61,616 bases of DNA, from positions 1 to 61,616 of the forward strand of contig JAEEMF010000069.1 of NCBI GenBank assembly GCA_016283075.1, read 5' to 3'. A program made the position numbers and the translations under genes. Below the pieces are notes generated by a model. It saw only the letters and a list, made by a program, of their open reading frames with translations, did not search any database and was not told the DNA's origin. This document shows positions 27,473 through 35,297 of the stretch, one piece after another; the first letter of the stretch is position 1, and every line of letters begins with the position of its first letter. The stretch comes from Bacilli bacterium. Lineage in GTDB: Bacteria; Bacillota_I; Bacilli_A; RF39; UBA660.

Positions 27473-28435
27473 ATGAATAGATTTAGAATATCAAAACTAT
27501 TTATCTTTATTATGCTAGTACTTATATTTAGTATAAGTGCTGTTTTTGCATATTCCTATTTAGCAGGGGATGTAGGATTTACTCCTAAGGATAGTAACTG
27601 GGATGTAGATAATACAAAAGATGCTTTAGATGATTTAAAAGAGTCTATTGATAGGAGTTGTAATGATCTAATTAATAATGTATGGGTTTATCCTTACACT
27701 GGTGAAGAACAAATATTTTCAGCGCCTTGCAGAGGATATTATTTACTACAAGTGTGGGGCGCACAAGGTGGAAATGCGACTGCTACTTACATAGGCGGAT
27801 ATGGAGCCTATGCTGAAGGAAAGATAAAAGTTAACCAGGTTGAAAATCTATATGTAAATGTTGGCGGTGCTGGTGCTTCGCAATACACAACAGGAAAATA
27901 TCAAGAAGTTGCTGGTGGATATAACGGCGGAGGAACCGCATCTTGTAATAGTGATAAATATTGCAAGTATTATTATAATGGTTCCGGTGGTGGAGCTACT
28001 CATATATCGAAAGAAAGTGGTTTATTAAAAGATACTGTAAATACTACGAATATTATAATAGTTTCTGGTGGAGGAAATGGTGGTCATCATGACTCTGGTA
28101 CTCCTAGTTGGTCTTATGTTGGAGGAAGTGCAATTGGAATTGCTGAATCAGGCACATACTTTGGTTATGGTGGAAGTAATACTTCAATCGCTACTAATGC
28201 TGGTGGAGGTGGTGGTTACTATGGTGGAAACTATGGAACTGCAACTGCTGCAACTATTCCCGGCGGATCTTCTTATTTATCACCAGCTCTAACTGGTGGA
28301 AAAATATACTGCTATAATTGTACAGAGTCGGAGAATGTTTTTAATTCAGCAACTACTTCTCAAAATCCTGCTATTAATGTTGCAAAACAAGGTAATGGAT
28401 ATGCTAAAATAACATATCTTGGTAAATCTTTATAG
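27473..28435 (+). CDS. secreted glycine-rich repeat protein (family member 1)
   Basis: Signal peptide ending VFA|YSY. Conserved N-module YSYLAGDVGFTPKDSNWDVDNTKDALDDL. Motifs VWGAQGG, GGYGAY, YVNVGGAG, GGYNGGG, GGGATHI and GNGYAKITYLG. Confidence 0.8.
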   Translation: MNRFRISKLFIFIMLVLIFSISAVFAYSYLAGDVGFTPKDSNWDVDNTKDALDDLKESIDRSCNDLINNVWVYPYTGEEQIFSAPCRGYYLLQVWGAQGGNATATYIGGYGAYAEGKIKVNQVENLYVNVGGAGASQYTTGKYQEVAGGYNGGGTASCNSDKYCKYYYNGSGGGATHISKESGLLKDTVNTTNIIIVSGGGNGGHHDSGTPSWSYVGGSAIGIAESGTYFGYGGSNTSIATNAGGGGGYYGGNYGTATAATIPGGSSYLSPALTGGKIYCYNCTESENVFNSATTSQNPAINVAKQGNGYAKITYLGKSL

Positions 28436-28464
28436 AAAAAGCATAGATTTTATCTATGCTTTTT
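28436..28464. terminator. bidirectional terminator between convergent genes
   Basis: AAAAAGCATAGA / TCTATGCTTTTT with A-run and T-run flanks. Confidence 0.75.
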
Positions 28465-28466
28465 GT

Positions 28467-31400
28467 TTAAAATAATTCTAGTTGTTCGCTCTTTTGACCA
28501 CAACTTGTTAATATTAATTCTTTTATTGTTTCATATGATTTGGCAAATGAATTAGGAATTTCAAGAAGAATAATATCATTTTCTTTGCATATTTGTGCTT
28601 TTCTAGTATCACATTTTTCTCTATCAATATTACCAAAGTGTTCTCCACCTTGTAATTCGATAGCAATTTGTGGAATTAAATCAATTCCATGAATCTTATA
28701 TAGAACAACATCGAATTCTAATTTTGATTTGCTTAATATAGGATCCTTAGAGAAAAGGGTACTCAACTTAACATTTCTCTTTGCTTGGAATGTATTATTA
28801 ACGCTGCAAAAGTGAGAAATTGTTTTATAAAACATATCTTCATTTTTACTTCCATTCGAATTACCTATTTTAATTGTGTAAGATTCATTACGAGGTACTT
28901 CTATATTCCCATTATTTGCTACATAATTAACTAGATTATATAAATCATCTTTTTTGTCGGTTGATAGTGCCTTTAATGCTTCGACATCTGATGCAATTAT
29001 TAAGTTTTTCTTTGCTCTTGTAACAGCAACGTTTGTTATTTCGGAATTATTCTTTATCCAATCAAATGTTTTTCTACTTGTTTTTGGTGATAAAGATGAA
29101 GAAATAATAATTGTATCTTTTTCTGCTCCTTGTACTTGATGTATAGTACCACAAGTTATATCTTCCATATTGCTTTCTTTTAACATGGATGAAATCAAAC
29201 TTTGTTGATTTTTAAATGGAGTAATTATTGCTACGTCTTTTAAATTGTTTCTTTTCAAATAATCGATAATTGCTTTTGCTTCCTCATAATTCTCATTTTT
29301 GCGTTTAGAATTTTTATTTTCAACGTTTATTAAAGATAAGTTCCCTTCGTTGGAAAGATAATTTAAATTTAGTTTATCATTATAAAATCTTTTATTGGAA
29401 AAGTTTATAATCTTTTTGCCACATCGATAGTGGTATGTTAACATGATATCTTTTGAAATATTATCGTGCTTTTTCATAACATCTAATATAGAATTTGAAA
29501 TATAGTCATAATCATCTGATATACCATATTGTTCTTTTAAATCACTATTTATTTGCTTTTCTAATATAATTACAGGTTTTAATTGATTAGTATCTCCAAC
29601 TAATAATAAATTTTTCGCTCTTGCTATTGGTAGAAGTGCAACAGCACAGTTACATTGGCCTGCCTCATCCATTATTACTAAATCAAATTTATGATTTGCA
29701 GTCCCTAATCTTGCTGCAGACATGTTTGTTGTTATTATAATTGGGAATGCGTTTTCAAGTAGTTTAATATTTGAATCTATTGAGCACCATTTATTAAAAA
29801 TATTAACTCGTTCATCTTCATCTTCAATCTTACAGACATCAATTAGTTGTGAGTATGAAGGGTTTTTTAATTTCTTAATAAATTTTAATGACTCAAAGTA
29901 CATGTATTGCTTAAAGTATCTATCTTCAGATACTGATGTTACTAAGTTTAGGACATCTTGATTTGTTATTGTTGGAAGTTCGTTGTATTCAGTTATTAAT
30001 TTTTGAAGTTCAGAAGCAACATTTTGATAAATGTGACTTACTGGAGCATCTATTGATTCGAGTAATCTCTTTGCACATTCGATTCTATTTTTAATATCAC
30101 GTTTCTTTTCATATGTTTCAAGATGCAAAACTAACTCTTTGTTATTATTGTTAGTATTATCTTTTATTCTTTTAATTTTATCTTCATCTGGATTAAGTTT
30201 TGATTCATAATTATATAGCTCAAGAATGCGTAATGTTGATTTTGCAACTTCTTGTTTATTACCTAATCTTAAATATGGAAACGGAATATCGTTATCATCT
30301 CGATATGAAAACGACAATTTCTCAAGAATACCATTTATTGGTTTGTTATTTGCCGAGCAGATTAAAGTTGTTTTAAGGTAAAAAAAAGCACTTAATATAA
30401 CGTTGAGAATAGTTTGAGTTTTGCCAGTTCCTGGAGGACCTTGAACATATGTGATAGGATACTTCATTGAATTATATATAACTCTCATTTGATCAATGTT
30501 TACTTTGTCATCATATATTACAATTGATGGTTCTTTGCGTCTTGAACCAAATCTTCTTGTGTTTCCAAAGAATGCTTTTAGTGGATATTCTAATTCTCCA
30601 TTATTAATTTGTTCTTCTATTGTATTGAAAGTTGGCTCTAGATTGGCAGCTGTTATTCTTTGCATAATCATAAACTCTGGCATTTGATTTATTATTTCTG
30701 AACTTCTTAAATTACTTCTAATAAGTTCGGTGTACATTTCTAAGCAATCATCTAAATGATTTACAATATTATCGCAAAATTCTTGCGGGTCCATATTTAT
30801 ATATGCTGATAGTGAATGTCTCTTATTTCTAATTAAGAAACTTTGATTAATTCTTGGGGTCTTATCAATTGATAGCTCTTTTGATGTAGGGTTGAACCTA
30901 ACATTGTAATATAGAACAATATATTTTTTGTCATTTTCATCAATCGACAGAAATGATAGTATTAAATAATTAATTTCAGAATCAACTCTTTTTATATCAA
31001 ATGTTTTAATATATGAAATAACTTTTCTTTCTTGTTCCTCATTAAGTTTGATCTTTTTGTTATTTAGTAATACTTCTTTATCTACCCCATCAACTAGAAA
31101 ACCATCTATTTGATATGGGTCATTATCTAATTCGTTACATTTTAGATAATATTTTAAAATGTTATTATTAAATGTTTCGTATTGAAGCCATTTCGCTTCT
31201 TCACGATTTTTTTCAAGTTTGGTGATTAAACTTTGTGGAGTATCATATGTAGTAAAATCCAAAATCTTTGCACGTACTATGTTATCGAATTTAATTCGAA
31301 CACCTAATGTATCGAGTGATTTTTGGTCGTTAAAAATATCTACGGATAGGATTCTACTTTTTAAATCAATATCTTTAATCGCAATCCAATAATATGTCAT

Positions 31401-31484
31401 TTCGTTATTACTATTTTGGTATGCTATATCGATCCATTTTCCGTATTTAATTGCTTCAGATATTATTAATTCTATATTTTTCAT
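28467..31484 (-). CDS. WYL-like domain / Upf1-DNA2-like SF1 helicase / DUF2726-Vsr-like nuclease fusion protein (candidate defence gene, Hhe-like architecture)
   Basis: Helicase motifs GPPGTGKTQT, VIMDEAGQ, LVGDTNQLKP, YHYRCG, TIHQVQGAEKD and VAVTRAKKNL. N-terminus IDIAYQN...YYWIAIKD...RIKFDNIVRAKIL is WYL-like. C-terminus EFDVVLY...IAIELQGGEH...ILLEIP has a PD-(D/E)xK-like pattern. AAGGTGG RBS. Confidence 0.8.
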   Translation of the reverse strand: MKNIELIISEAIKYGKWIDIAYQNSNNEMTYYWIAIKDIDLKSRILSVDIFNDQKSLDTLGVRIKFDNIVRAKILDFTTYDTPQSLITKLEKNREEAKWLQYETFNNNILKYYLKCNELDNDPYQIDGFLVDGVDKEVLLNNKKIKLNEEQERKVISYIKTFDIKRVDSEINYLILSFLSIDENDKKYIVLYYNVRFNPTSKELSIDKTPRINQSFLIRNKRHSLSAYINMDPQEFCDNIVNHLDDCLEMYTELIRSNLRSSEIINQMPEFMIMQRITAANLEPTFNTIEEQINNGELEYPLKAFFGNTRRFGSRRKEPSIVIYDDKVNIDQMRVIYNSMKYPITYVQGPPGTGKTQTILNVILSAFFYLKTTLICSANNKPINGILEKLSFSYRDDNDIPFPYLRLGNKQEVAKSTLRILELYNYESKLNPDEDKIKRIKDNTNNNNKELVLHLETYEKKRDIKNRIECAKRLLESIDAPVSHIYQNVASELQKLITEYNELPTITNQDVLNLVTSVSEDRYFKQYMYFESLKFIKKLKNPSYSQLIDVCKIEDEDERVNIFNKWCSIDSNIKLLENAFPIIITTNMSAARLGTANHKFDLVIMDEAGQCNCAVALLPIARAKNLLLVGDTNQLKPVIILEKQINSDLKEQYGISDDYDYISNSILDVMKKHDNISKDIMLTYHYRCGKKIINFSNKRFYNDKLNLNYLSNEGNLSLINVENKNSKRKNENYEEAKAIIDYLKRNNLKDVAIITPFKNQQSLISSMLKESNMEDITCGTIHQVQGAEKDTIIISSSLSPKTSRKTFDWIKNNSEITNVAVTRAKKNLIIASDVEALKALSTDKKDDLYNLVNYVANNGNIEVPRNESYTIKIGNSNGSKNEDMFYKTISHFCSVNNTFQAKRNVKLSTLFSKDPILSKSKLEFDVVLYKIHGIDLIPQIAIELQGGEHFGNIDREKCDTRKAQICKENDIILLEIPNSFAKSYETIKELILTSCGQKSEQLELF

Positions 31485-31504
31485 ATGATTCCACCTTCAA
31501 AAAA

Positions 31505-31513
31505 ATAATATCA
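31505..31513 (-). promoter_or_regulatory. extended -10 element (TGATATTAT) upstream of the helicase-nuclease gene
   Basis: Read on the minus strand, ~20 nt upstream of the start codon. Confidence 0.35.
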
Positions 31514-31549
31514 TATTTTATTGTTTTTTTCCATTTTAATATAATTTGA

Positions 31550-31636
31550 AATTATCAAGAAGATGGTTCTGTATTAATACCAAAAGTATTACAACCATAT
31601 ATGGGTGGAAAAGAAAAAATTGTTCCAGTAAAGTAA
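31550..31636 (+). pseudogene. orphan duplicate of the last 28 codons of serS
   Basis: Encodes NYQEDGSVLIPKVLQPYMGGKEKIVPVK*, identical to the SerRS C-terminus. No upstream coding continuity. Confidence 0.9.
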
Positions 31637-31658
31637 GAGTACGTGAGTACTCTTTTTT
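31635..31658 (+). terminator. duplicate of the serS terminator
   Basis: AAGAGTAC / GTACTCTT stem followed by a T-run. Confidence 0.7.
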
Positions 31659-31659
31659 A

Positions 31660-31688
31660 TTGACTAAATATATATATATATATATAAT
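31660..31688 (+). promoter_or_regulatory. promoter TTGACT-17-TATAAT with (TA)9 filling the spacer
   Basis: -35 at 31660-31665 and -10 at 31683-31688. The spacer is exactly 17 nt. Confidence 0.6.
31669..31686. repeat. (TA)9 dinucleotide microsatellite
   Basis: Counted directly: TA x9. Confidence 0.95.
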
Positions 31689-31720
31689 TAAAGTATAAAG
31701 TAAGATAATAGGGTGTTTAT

Positions 31721-32305
31721 ATGAAAAATATTTTTAAAAGAAAAATTCCTTATTTTATACTTGGAGTACTTGTAGCAATAACAAGTACTGTTTTTGCATA
31801 TAGTTATTTAGCTCCCGATGTTGGCTTTACTCCTACTGATACAACTTGGAGTGTTAGTAATGTTAAAAGTGCTTTAGATTCACTTAGAAATGAGCACATA
31901 TTCGAACATTTATCAAACAATTTTCTAAATGGAAGTATTTATGGAATATATAATAGTAGTAGTCTTGCCTTATATAGTGGTGCTTCTAGAGATGGAGATT
32001 ATATATCCCTTAATTCAAATAATGCGCTTTATTCTATACCAAATTTAAGCATTCCAGAGGGGTGTTATTTTATTATTGTAAACGGCCAAAATCTGACAAA
32101 TGCTTTTTCTCCTGATGTAGTAAATGCTTCTACATACAAAGCATATGCTCCCAAAATAGTTGAAAAGGGTAATAATTATGCATATTACTACATAAATGTT
32201 GGAGAAACCATGAGTACTGGAGAATTTAGAATTTGGAATAAATCTTCTAATGTTATAAAAATAAAAACTACAATGATTTTCAACGTTGAGACATGTCCTT
32301 ATTAA
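31721..32305 (+). CDS. secreted protein with the family N-module but a non-glycine-rich C-terminal domain
   Basis: Signal peptide ending VFA|YSY, then YSYLAPDVGFTPTDTTWSVSNVKSALDSL. The C-terminus is unrelated to the Gly-rich body. Confidence 0.75.
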   Translation: MKNIFKRKIPYFILGVLVAITSTVFAYSYLAPDVGFTPTDTTWSVSNVKSALDSLRNEHIFEHLSNNFLNGSIYGIYNSSSLALYSGASRDGDYISLNSNNALYSIPNLSIPEGCYFIIVNGQNLTNAFSPDVVNASTYKAYAPKIVEKGNNYAYYYINVGETMSTGEFRIWNKSSNVIKIKTTMIFNVETCPY

Positions 32306-32333
32306 AAGATATCTATTTGGATATCTTTTATTA
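32304..32333 (+). terminator. rho-independent terminator
   Basis: AAAAGATATC / GATATCTTTT stem. Confidence 0.7.
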
Positions 32334-32467
32334 TATTTTAAACTAGCGGAATTTCTCTAGTTTAAAAATTAGTTGACTACAATTTGTCACCAACTGATTA
32401 CGACTTGACTTAATTGCTACTTATATATATAATTTATAGTGATTTTTAAAAGAAAGAGGTGAGAAAT

Positions 32468-33574
32468 ATGAAGAAAAAAGTTGTTATAGGTATGAGTGGT
32501 GGTGTTGATTCATCAGTTGCGGCTATTGAATTACAAAAACAAGGTTATGAAGTACTAGGATTATTTATGCGTAACTGGGATTCACTTGCTGATGGTGAAA
32601 TGAATGGACCTACTACTGATCAAGGTATTTGTCCTCAAGAAGTAGATTATAATGATGCTTTAAAAGTATGTAATAAACTTGGTATTGAGCTTCATAGAAA
32701 AGACTTTGTTAAAGAATACTGGGATTATGTATTTACTTATTTCTTAGATGAACTTAAAAAGGGTAGAACTCCTAATCCAGATATAATGTGTAATAAATAT
32801 ATTAAGTTTGATATGTTTGCCAAAGAAGCTCTAAAATTAGGCGCAGATTATATAGCAACTGGTCATTATGCTCGTATTAAAGATGGTAAATTATTAAGAG
32901 CAGTAGATGACAATAAAGATCAAACATATTTCTTATCACAAGTAAGTAAAGAGCAGCTAAAAAATGTCCTATTCCCAATAGGAGATATGGTTAAACCAGA
33001 TGTAAGAAAAATCGCGGAAGAATATGAACTTGTTACTGCTGAGAAAAAAGATTCTACAGGTATCTGTTTTATAGGAGAAAGAAACTTTACTAACTTCTTA
33101 AAAAACTATTTACCAAATCAACCTGGTAAAATAGTAAATATTGATACTAATGAAGTAATTGGTGAGCATATCGGTTTAATGAACTATACAATAGGTCAAA
33201 GAAGAGGACTTGATATTGGTGGTACAAAAGAAAGAATGTTTGTAGTAGGTAAAAACCTAAAAGATAATATTCTTTATATATGTATAGGAGAAGATAATGA
33301 TTACTTAATGTCTACATCTTGTATTGTAGATTCTATTAACTATTTAGGTGATGAAAAGATAACTAAATGTACTGCTAAATTTAGATATCGTCAGCCAGAC
33401 ATTGATGTAGAAATTAAATGGCTTAGTGATGATGAAATAGAAGTAATCTATCCGCAAGGAGTAAAAGCTGTTACTCCAGGACAAGCATGCGTTTTATATA
33501 ACGGAGAAGAATGCTTAGGTGGAGGAATTATCAAAGAAGTACGTAAAAACGGAGAAAAACTTTGGTATTTATAA
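32468..33574 (+). CDS. mnmA: tRNA-specific 2-thiouridylase MnmA
   Basis: PP-loop GMSGGVDSS and conserved Cys motifs. ATG 32468 follows AAGAGGTG. Confidence 0.92.
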   Translation: MKKKVVIGMSGGVDSSVAAIELQKQGYEVLGLFMRNWDSLADGEMNGPTTDQGICPQEVDYNDALKVCNKLGIELHRKDFVKEYWDYVFTYFLDELKKGRTPNPDIMCNKYIKFDMFAKEALKLGADYIATGHYARIKDGKLLRAVDDNKDQTYFLSQVSKEQLKNVLFPIGDMVKPDVRKIAEEYELVTAEKKDSTGICFIGERNFTNFLKNYLPNQPGKIVNIDTNEVIGEHIGLMNYTIGQRRGLDIGGTKERMFVVGKNLKDNILYICIGEDNDYLMSTSCIVDSINYLGDEKITKCTAKFRYRQPDIDVEIKWLSDDEIEVIYPQGVKAVTPGQACVLYNGEECLGGGIIKEVRKNGEKLWYL

Positions 33575-33600
33575 CTAGTATTTAATATACTAGTTTTTTT
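33573..33600 (+). terminator. rho-independent terminator
   Basis: AACTAGTA / TACTAGTT stem followed by T7. Confidence 0.7.
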
Positions 33601-33643
33601 ATATTGTTTTTGATATAATACATATAGTAGGGAGGAATAAAAA

Positions 33644-34225
33644 ATGGGAAAGAGTAAAACTAATAAAAAAATGAAGAAATTTTTTAAAGAATTAGTGATT
33701 GAATGTAAGTCACTTAAATTTACTAAACATCATTTTTATTACACTTTATTATCTTTAATTATATTAATACTATCTATATTCTTATTTAATAATTATAATA
33801 ATTGTCAAATATATGAAGTAAGTATAAATACACCAGGATTTGTAGTAGATAATGGACTTGTAGTTCTATCTAAAGGTAATAATATTATTAGAATGGATTC
33901 TATTAAATATAACGGGGATATAGAAACAATTAGTTATATTAAAAGTGAATTATATGTATTAGTAGACGGAGAAGAAATGTTATTAAACGCTTTTACAACT
34001 TCATCTGAAGATGGATTCTCATTAGAAGAATATACAAAGAATATGTCTTTTGATATTAATGAAACAAAATATAATGAAGATGTAATTACTCGTAAAGTTA
34101 GAAAAGCTTTACCAAACAATTTATATTTAAGAATATCAACATTTACTACTGATGGAAATGAACAGTTATTTAAACTTAAATTAAATGCTGAAAAATTATA
34201 TTCAAATAGTAAGTTATTTTATTAA
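33644..34225 (+). CDS. membrane-anchored hypothetical protein
   Basis: Basic N-terminus, then one TM helix (YYTLLSLIILILSIFLF). GGGAGG RBS. Confidence 0.65.
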   Translation: MGKSKTNKKMKKFFKELVIECKSLKFTKHHFYYTLLSLIILILSIFLFNNYNNCQIYEVSINTPGFVVDNGLVVLSKGNNIIRMDSIKYNGDIETISYIKSELYVLVDGEEMLLNAFTTSSEDGFSLEEYTKNMSFDINETKYNEDVITRKVRKALPNNLYLRISTFTTDGNEQLFKLKLNAEKLYSNSKLFY

Positions 34226-34287
34226 AAAATAAGGGTAAACTATATAAAGTTTACTCTTTTTATGTTATACTCTTTTTAGGTGATACT

Positions 34288-35235
34288 ATGGAAGAACTAA
34301 TAAGTGTAATTGTTCCAGTATTAGATGTTGAATCTTACTTAACTTCAACTATTGATTCACTAGAGAAACAAACATATTCTAATATTGAAATTATCTTAAT
34401 ATGTAGAGAATCTAATAAGAACTGTATGAAACTATGTAATTATTATGCTGAAAAGGATAAACGTCTTAAAGTAGTACCTGTTAAAATGACTTCTACTAAG
34501 AATTTTAAGAATTTAGGATTATCTAAAGCAAAAGGTAAATATATTACTTTTCTTGATGGAGGAGATACTGTTTCTAAATCTTATGTAGAATATATGTATA
34601 ACCTTTTAAAAGATGAAAAAGCTGATATAGTTTGTACACGAAGATATATTAAAGGTTCTAAACAGAAAAAATCTATAGATTATGATACTTATACTAATAA
34701 AAATATTATGTATAAATATTTAACTGGTCATTTCCGTAGTCACTTTTATGCTAAACTTTATAAAAAAGAATTATTTGATGAAATAGAATATCCTGAAGTA
34801 TCATATTATGATGACTTTATGGTAGGGTATAAAATATTTGATAAAGCTAAAAAACTTGTTAATAGTCATAATGAATTATATTCATATAATGAAGAAAAAA
34901 GAGATAGATTCTTTGGTATACAAGATTATGATCAAATGAAAAAGATAGGGGCATGTTTTGATATGCTTACCTATGTAGAAGAAAAGTATCCTGATTATAT
35001 AGATGATTGTAAAGCTAAAATATGTTTAGAAGCTTTAGACTTATTTAAATATGTAAGAGATAAAGAATATCGTAAACAATTATTTAGTTATATTTCTTTA
35101 TATAGAAGATATGCTTTTAGAAGTGAAAACATAACTTTTAAAGAAAAATTAATATGTGTAAGATCTATTTTAGGATATAACTTTTTAAAACTAAGTTTAG
35201 GAATGGAAAAATTTATAAAGAAGCCTATTAAATAG
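34288..35235 (+). CDS. glycosyltransferase family 2
   Basis: ISVIVPVLDVESYL N-terminus and FLDGGD (DxD-like) motif. Confidence 0.8.
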   Translation: MEELISVIVPVLDVESYLTSTIDSLEKQTYSNIEIILICRESNKNCMKLCNYYAEKDKRLKVVPVKMTSTKNFKNLGLSKAKGKYITFLDGGDTVSKSYVEYMYNLLKDEKADIVCTRRYIKGSKQKKSIDYDTYTNKNIMYKYLTGHFRSHFYAKLYKKELFDEIEYPEVSYYDDFMVGYKIFDKAKKLVNSHNELYSYNEEKRDRFFGIQDYDQMKKIGACFDMLTYVEEKYPDYIDDCKAKICLEALDLFKYVRDKEYRKQLFSYISLYRRYAFRSENITFKEKLICVRSILGYNFLKLSLGMEKFIKKPIK

Positions 35236-35297
35236 GCTTCTTATATTGTTTATAGAACAAATGTATGATAAAATTATAAAAGATAGATGGTGATACA

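Noticed and set aside
28068-28292. Same-strand alternative-frame ORF within glycine-rich gene 27473-28435
   Set aside because: It arises from the GGT-rich repeats read out of frame (Val/Leu/Glu-rich). The main frame carries all the family motifs.
28954-30687. Plus-strand ORFs 28954-29139, 29722-29961 and 30496-30687
   Set aside because: All lie antisense inside the 1005-aa helicase-nuclease gene, whose frame contains ordered helicase motifs.
27414-31549. Inserted segment as an intact integrative mobile element
   Set aside because: It contains no integrase, recombinase, transposase, excisionase or replication gene. Only the flanking duplication survives, so it is reported as a bracketed insertion or cassette rather than a mobile element.
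33934-34119. Minus-strand ORF inside 33644-34225
   Set aside because: It is a short embedded antisense ORF with no RBS.
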